The translations under genes and the position numbers were made by a program. The notes beneath the pieces are model-generated. The model was not told where the DNA came from, made no database searches, and saw only the letters and a list, made by a program, of their open reading frames with translations. This document shows positions 58,720-64,000 of a stretch of DNA of 64,000 nt, piece after piece; position 1 is the first letter of the stretch; each line of letters begins with the position of its first letter. This DNA comes from Pseudomonadota bacterium (GTDB lineage Bacteria > Bdellovibrionota_C > UBA2361 > OMII01): the NCBI GenBank assembly GCA_027485595.1, contig JAIXQT010000075.1:44589-108588 (forward strand), in the 5' to 3' direction.

Positions 58720-61700
58720 ATGGGGCACTTAATACAAATACGGAGCTTGAAGCCGATGGCGGCGCTGATCGTCATCGCCGTTGTGGTCGGACTTATTGCG
58801 CTGCCCAATCTACGGCAGCGGCCCCAACTTCCGATTGACGTACGCAAGGTGAGCTCTCTTGAGGAAATATCATTCAATCCAGAGGGAACGTGGAAGGTCA
58901 CTCTCAACGAGGGAGAGACGCTCAAAGAGTACGAGGTCTATGACGCATCAGGGCGAGTAAATCTCTCTCGAGCGAAGTCAATCCTTGCCTACTTTTGGGA
59001 TAGAGTGATTTTCAGTGAAACCTTAGATGTCGAGGGAGAGAATCTTGCGATATTTAGGGTCTCTACAACAGCAGACGGAGATCTCAAGAGCTCGCCCGTA
59101 TTCCGCCGAAGCTATAAACTCTTCGGTATCTCCTCAACCGGCAAGCTCGTCGGCTTTCGGGATGTACAGGGCTCTCTCCCCTCAGGGGCACCCGAATTGC
59201 TCTTCAACTTCGGGCCATTTCTCAAAGGGGGCGCCACCAACATCGGCAGTGGGTCTATCAGCATCCCCCTCGAGATTTCCCAGAAAGAGGATGCTCTCCG
59301 CGTACGAAGCATTGGTCAAACGACCGAGCCGCAAGCGTTTGTGGCCGCCACTGTCAAAACCCCCTCCGGCATCAAGGTCCGCGGGTACCTCATAAAACTA
59401 TCAGGAGCATCCCTGGCTCTTCCATCCCTCGATCAGGTTGTGGACAACGCGCAGAAGGGGGTCGTAGCAGAGACGATCACCGCACCAACTTACAAGAGCA
59501 AGGATGCTCAGGGCTCAAGAGACCTCGGCGGCTCACCAACCACGGGCTCGAACGGCCCCTCAAAGGACAAAGGAAAGGTCTCGATTGACTCAGTAAACGC
59601 TTCGGCTTCAGTCCGTACCCCGACAAGAACACCGACCGTGACGCCAACCCATACCCCGAGCCGAACTCCCACCAGAACACCGACGGCGACTCCGACAATG
59701 ACCCCTACTCGCACACCGACGGTAACACCGACCACCACTCCGAGCCGCACGCCGACGAGGATTCCAACGGCCACTCCGAGCCGCACGCCCACACGTACCC
59801 CAACGGCACCTCCAACAAGAACACCTACTCAAACACCAACCGCGACGCCTACAGCGACCCCCACGCGGACTCCAACTGCCACACCCACGAAAAAATGTGG
59901 TGATGGAGTTAAAAATATTGGAGAGGAGTGTGACAGTGGTAATAAGAATTCAAATTTAAGCGATCAATGTAGAACTGATTGTAGGATGCCAAAGTGTGGG
60001 GATGGGATAAAAGATAGCAATGAAACTTGTGACATTAATGATTTTAAAGGATTGGTAAAACCGAAAAAAATGCCAGAGGATGTTTTCGCGCAAAAAGTTT
60101 GTCATTCATCATGCAATATTGTCACTTATCCAAATTATTGTGGTGATTGGATAACAAATATTGATTTAGGAGAAGAATGTGATCATGGCGAAAATAACTC
60201 TAATTTAGGTTATGAATGTAGAACTAATTGCACAGTGCCAAAATGTGGTGACGGAATAAAAGATTTAAATGAAGCCTGTGACATTGGCGTACTAAATAAA
60301 GATAGTTTTAGTGGCTGTGATACAAAATGCAGAACGACAATTTGTGGAGATGGAAACGTTACAGGTGCTGAAGAGTGTGACGACGCGAATACGAATGATA
60401 CAGACAATTGTACCAATGTATGCCGGCAATCAAGATGCGGTGATAATATAAAAAATGGACAAGAAATTTGTGACGCGAATGATTTTGCGGGAATAATAAA
60501 ACCAGAAAATATGCCCGAAGATGTTTTTGCAAAAAAAATCTGTGATTCATCATGTAATCTTTCTTATCCAGAACATTGTGGTGATGGAATAAAAAATGTT
60601 GATGAAGAATGTGATACTAATGATTTTAGAGAAGTAATTAAGTCTGAAGAAATGCCAGATATTATCTTCAGAAATAAAAAATGTGACTACAATACATGTA
60701 AGGTTATCTACGAACCATTATGTGCAAAAGGTCAAGTTTTGAATTGTATAGATGAGTGTCCTAGCGATTCTAACAAAGCCGACCCTGGAGTCTGTGGCTG
60801 CGGAGTAACAGATACCGATACCGATACCGATGGTGATGGAACAGTAGATTGTATTGATGAATGTCCTGAAGATAGTAATAAAAATAAAGTTGGAGGTGGA
60901 TGTGGGCTCGTTGATATCGACTCAGATAACGATGGTACTCCTGATTATAAAGATCAGTGTATAGAAGATGCTAATAAACATGACTCTGGACAGTGCGGTT
61001 GTGGTGTAGCGGATCTGGATTCAGACCGAGATGGCACTGCTGATTGTAAAGATGAATGTCCTGATAATGCTTCATTAACAGCAAAAGGAATATGTGGATG
61101 TTCAGGAGATGAGGATTCAGATGGAGATGGTACTCTTAATTGTGAAGATCAGTGTGTATCAGACAGCAAGAAAACATCACCAGGACATTGTGGATGTGGC
61201 AATGCAGATTACGTTGTAGATGACCAACCAAGTTGCTCTAAACATGTACTTGCACTAGAGCCAGCACCAACTGCCACACAAACACCGACACCTGAAACCT
61301 CTCAGGGAACTCAGCAAAAATGTTGTGTTTGTTTATATGAAGAAGAGTTTAAATCTGAGTGTGGAGTTTGGAGAAATAAAACTGGAGGTTGTACTAGTGG
61401 TGGTGATTATCCATTGAGTAGTAGCGAAATGAGTCCTCAAAGTGTTTGTGGAGATGTATCTAATGTAGAAGTTTATACTGCTGCTCATATGGATGAATCT
61501 GATGCAGCGTGTCTTTCAGACATTTCAGAAACTTTAGTTAGCTCATTACCAGCATTAACTTCTTGTCACATAATACTAGATGGATGCAATTCTTTTAATA
61601 ATATGAATCTAGCTAATGCAGAAGCTAGGAGAATTAGACAATACCTAAATAGTTGTGGACGTACGAATGTAGAGGTAACTATTGAGGGAAATGAAAATAT

Positions 61701-61959
61701 TACTTCAGATCTTACAGGGGCTCCTGGTAATACTCGTTGTTCTCCAAGAGGAATTAGAGTTTGTGCACGTACTATTACTGACGTATTACATAAATGTCAT
61801 CCTGCTGGAAGTGACTGTTGGACGGACCCGCAGAATCTAGATAGTAGAACGTGCACTGAGGCTGGAGTGACAAAAACTCAAGTTTGTGTAGCAAATGGTG
61901 GAAACGAAAATAATAATGGGGATGGGAGTGGAGCCGGAACTTGGCAATTTCGAAATTAA
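58720..61959 (+). CDS. Membrane-anchored Cys-rich repeat surface protein (PT linker, CGDG/EECD repeats, TSP3-like repeats)
   Basis: N-terminal TM, PT/RTP linker, CGDG...EECD, DSDxDGTxDCxDxCP. Confidence 0.85.
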   Translation: MGHLIQIRSLKPMAALIVIAVVVGLIALPNLRQRPQLPIDVRKVSSLEEISFNPEGTWKVTLNEGETLKEYEVYDASGRVNLSRAKSILAYFWDRVIFSETLDVEGENLAIFRVSTTADGDLKSSPVFRRSYKLFGISSTGKLVGFRDVQGSLPSGAPELLFNFGPFLKGGATNIGSGSISIPLEISQKEDALRVRSIGQTTEPQAFVAATVKTPSGIKVRGYLIKLSGASLALPSLDQVVDNAQKGVVAETITAPTYKSKDAQGSRDLGGSPTTGSNGPSKDKGKVSIDSVNASASVRTPTRTPTVTPTHTPSRTPTRTPTATPTMTPTRTPTVTPTTTPSRTPTRIPTATPSRTPTRTPTAPPTRTPTQTPTATPTATPTRTPTATPTKKCGDGVKNIGEECDSGNKNSNLSDQCRTDCRMPKCGDGIKDSNETCDINDFKGLVKPKKMPEDVFAQKVCHSSCNIVTYPNYCGDWITNIDLGEECDHGENNSNLGYECRTNCTVPKCGDGIKDLNEACDIGVLNKDSFSGCDTKCRTTICGDGNVTGAEECDDANTNDTDNCTNVCRQSRCGDNIKNGQEICDANDFAGIIKPENMPEDVFAKKICDSSCNLSYPEHCGDGIKNVDEECDTNDFREVIKSEEMPDIIFRNKKCDYNTCKVIYEPLCAKGQVLNCIDECPSDSNKADPGVCGCGVTDTDTDTDGDGTVDCIDECPEDSNKNKVGGGCGLVDIDSDNDGTPDYKDQCIEDANKHDSGQCGCGVADLDSDRDGTADCKDECPDNASLTAKGICGCSGDEDSDGDGTLNCEDQCVSDSKKTSPGHCGCGNADYVVDDQPSCSKHVLALEPAPTATQTPTPETSQGTQQKCCVCLYEEEFKSECGVWRNKTGGCTSGGDYPLSSSEMSPQSVCGDVSNVEVYTAAHMDESDAACLSDISETLVSSLPALTSCHIILDGCNSFNNMNLANAEARRIRQYLNSCGRTNVEVTIEGNENITSDLTGAPGNTRCSPRGIRVCARTITDVLHKCHPAGSDCWTDPQNLDSRTCTEAGVTKTQVCVANGGNENNNGDGSGAGTWQFRN

Positions 61960-61967
61960 AGTTTAGT

Positions 61968-62280
61968 TGATCTGCCCCCTCAGTTAGTACCAGCCCTGAT
62001 TAGGTTTCCCAGATATTTTTCCTGCCTAACATATTTATTCATGGCTGTCTTGCAGTCCCTCGGCGTGGTTGAGATTCCGAGTGAGCTATGTCACCGTCCA
62101 CTTTCCGGCGTCCTAGCGACCAAGCATGAGTCTCGTACCCTTGCGCTTCCACGATTAAGGAGGTGCAGGATGAGAAGACCACGACGCACTGAAGAAGAGC
62201 GACGCGCAATAATCGAGCGAACTCTGACAAGCGGACGACCGATAGCTGAGATAGCGGCGGAGGCAGGGATTTCGCGCTAA
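61968..62280 (+). mobile_element. Insertion sequence remnants (IS3-like end and truncated HTH transposase ORF at 62170-62280)
   Basis: TGATCTGCCCCC terminus; AAGGAGGT RBS then MRRPRRTEEERRAIIERTLTSGRPIAEIAAEAGISR*. Confidence 0.6.
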
Positions 62281-62731
62281 ACGATCCAAAGTTGAATGCG
62301 AACACCGAAGAGTGACAAGGAAGGCTTCATTGAGGTCTCCCCACCCCGCGCTACAGTTGTAGGCCGAAAAGGGGACGTTTCCCCAAAAAAGTAGAGTCCC
62401 CTTTCCCTGTTCATAGGACCAGAGGGCGAAGGAGGTCACAGAGATATTACACGCGCCCCAACAGACTCTCCGTTTTCAACTTGGTCTCCACCGAGACGCG
62501 ATTCCGTCCAGATGAGCGCGAATTTGGTGTTCACGCGATTCCCCCAGGCACGTTTATTTTCGGCGCGTGCACGAAATGGGGGTGAGCCTCTGTTCCATGA
62601 CGAGGCTGATGCAGGGGGGCGTTGCTTGGGGGGACGGGGCAGGGGGGAGGTGGGCGGTCCTTGCCAGAAAAAGGGCAGGAAGTAAGCGAAGCTTGCCATG
62701 AAAGGTAGCGCAACCGTTCTCCTCTTCACCT

Positions 62732-64000
62732 CTACGGCCGTGTCATCTGAATCGGTACTACATACCGATCGAACTCCTCTGCCGTAAGGTATCCGAGGCT
62801 TACAGCAACTTCACGGAGGGTCTTGCCCTCCTTGTGCGCTGTCTTGGCGATGGTGGCAGCTTTGTCGTACCCTATCGTGCCGTTTAAGGCTGTCACGAGC
62901 ATAAGATTCTTCTTCATGTTCTCGTCTATTCGCTCAATGTTCGGCTCGATTCCTCCAGCGCAATGAGTGGTGAAGGTGCGGGAAGCGTCGCTTAAGAGCT
63001 CGATGCTCTCAAGGACGTTATGGGCCATGACCGGCTTGTAAACATTCAATTGGAAATTGCCCTGGCTTCCCGCAAACGCGACGGTCGCGTCGTTGCCGAA
63101 AACCTGAGCGCACACCATGGTGAGCGCCTCACACTGAGTGGGATTTACCTTGCCGGGCATAATCGAGGAGCCGGGCTCATTTTCCGGTATCGTAATCTCT
63201 CCGATTCCACAACGGGGACCACTTGCGAGCCACCGCACATCGTTCGCCATCTTAAAGAGGCCCATAGCGAGGGTTAGGATCGCGCCGGAGGTATTGGCGA
63301 GCGCATCGTGCGCGGCGAGAGCGAAGAACTTATTATCGCACGAGCGGAAGGGGCTCCCGGTGATCTTTCCGATTTGCGCCGCGCATACCTCACCGAACCT
63401 TGGGTGCGCGTTAAGTCCCGTGCCAACAGCGGTGCCGCCAATAGCGAGGTCGTAAAGCCCCCGAGCGTTTTCCTTAATAGAGGCAAGTCCGTAATCAATC
63501 TGAGCAACCCAGCTTCCAATCTCTTGCCCAAGTGTGATCGGGGTTGCGTCCTGGAGGTGTGTACGTCCCGTTTTGACGATGTTTGAGAAGCCTTTCGCCT
63601 TCGCCGCCAGAGTATCGCGCAGTTCGCTCACTGCAGGATAAAGGTTCGCGCTTAATTCCCCCGCCACGGCGATGTACATAGCGGTTGGAAAGGTGTCATT
63701 GGAGGATTGCCCTCTGTTTACATGATCGTTCGGGTGGATGGGCGTCTTGCTGCCGAGGACTCCCCCGCACAATTCAATCGCACGATTTGATATCACCTCG
63801 TTTGCGTTCATGTTCGACTGTGTGCCAGAGCCGGTTTGGAAGACAACGAGAGGGAAGTGATCGTCCAACTGCCCTGAAATTACCTCCTCAGCGGCTTGCA
63901 TAATTGGCCCAGCGACCTGTTCAGATACTTCGCCCAACTCAGCGTTTGCTATAGCTGCCGCCTTCTTGAGAACTCCTAATGCTCGGACGATCGGCCGCTG
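62732..64000 (-). CDS. fumC: Class II fumarate hydratase; 5' end outside window
   Basis: [40 protein letters not shown]; frame open to 64000. Confidence 0.96.
   Translation of the reverse strand, partial: QRPIVRALGVLKKAAAIANAELGEVSEQVAGPIMQAAEEVISGQLDDHFPLVVFQTGSGTQSNMNANEVISNRAIELCGGVLGSKTPIHPNDHVNRGQSSNDTFPTAMYIAVAGELSANLYPAVSELRDTLAAKAKGFSNIVKTGRTHLQDATPITLGQEIGSWVAQIDYGLASIKENARGLYDLAIGGTAVGTGLNAHPRFGEVCAAQIGKITGSPFRSCDNKFFALAAHDALANTSGAILTLAMGLFKMANDVRWLASGPRCGIGEITIPENEPGSSIMPGKVNPTQCEALTMVCAQVFGNDATVAFAGSQGNFQLNVYKPVMAHNVLESIELLSDASRTFTTHCAGGIEPNIERIDENMKKNLMLVTALNGTIGYDKAATIAKTAHKEGKTLREVAVSLGYLTAEEFDRYVVPIQMTRP

Noticed and set aside
59614-59889. CRISPR-like or non-coding repeat array (also about 35450-35605)
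   Set aside because: Degenerate in-frame Pro-Thr linkers; no repeat-spacer structure and no cas genes

Overview
About 55% GC bacterial chromosome segment. Gene content (Myxococcus-type Cys-rich adhesins, pilMNO-Q, tandem Lrp, HppA) suggests a deltaproteobacteria-like or Bdellovibrionota-like organism; this is an inference. The left two-thirds is mostly housekeeping: PBP1A, cyclophilin, priA, a diverged pilMNO-pilQ operon, accBC, SRP RNA-dnaX-ybaB-recR, tRNA-Asn, mutM, hppA, ettA, a desaturase and a Fur-family regulator. The part from about 47.4 to 62.4 kb is accessory and orphan-rich, and the window ends in fumC. The best lead is a two-gene cassette at 57181-58067. Its 202-aa gene looks like a C-type-lectin-fold target of a diversity-generating retroelement (DGR): an NNC/NNT-biased, aromatic-rich C-terminal region, a downstream GC hairpin and short repeats. 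No RT or template repeat was found in the window, so it would be a remote target. Other leads are a surface-protein gene that drops from about 55% to about 30% GC at its Pro-Thr linker, a MITE between ybaB and recR, a glutathione peroxidase with an in-frame TAA, an unclassified ~130-nt structured RNA candidate, a minimal kinase-like protein, a PRMT-like methyltransferase and a giant orphan TadE-like pilin. All family calls come from motif recognition by eye; no searches were run.
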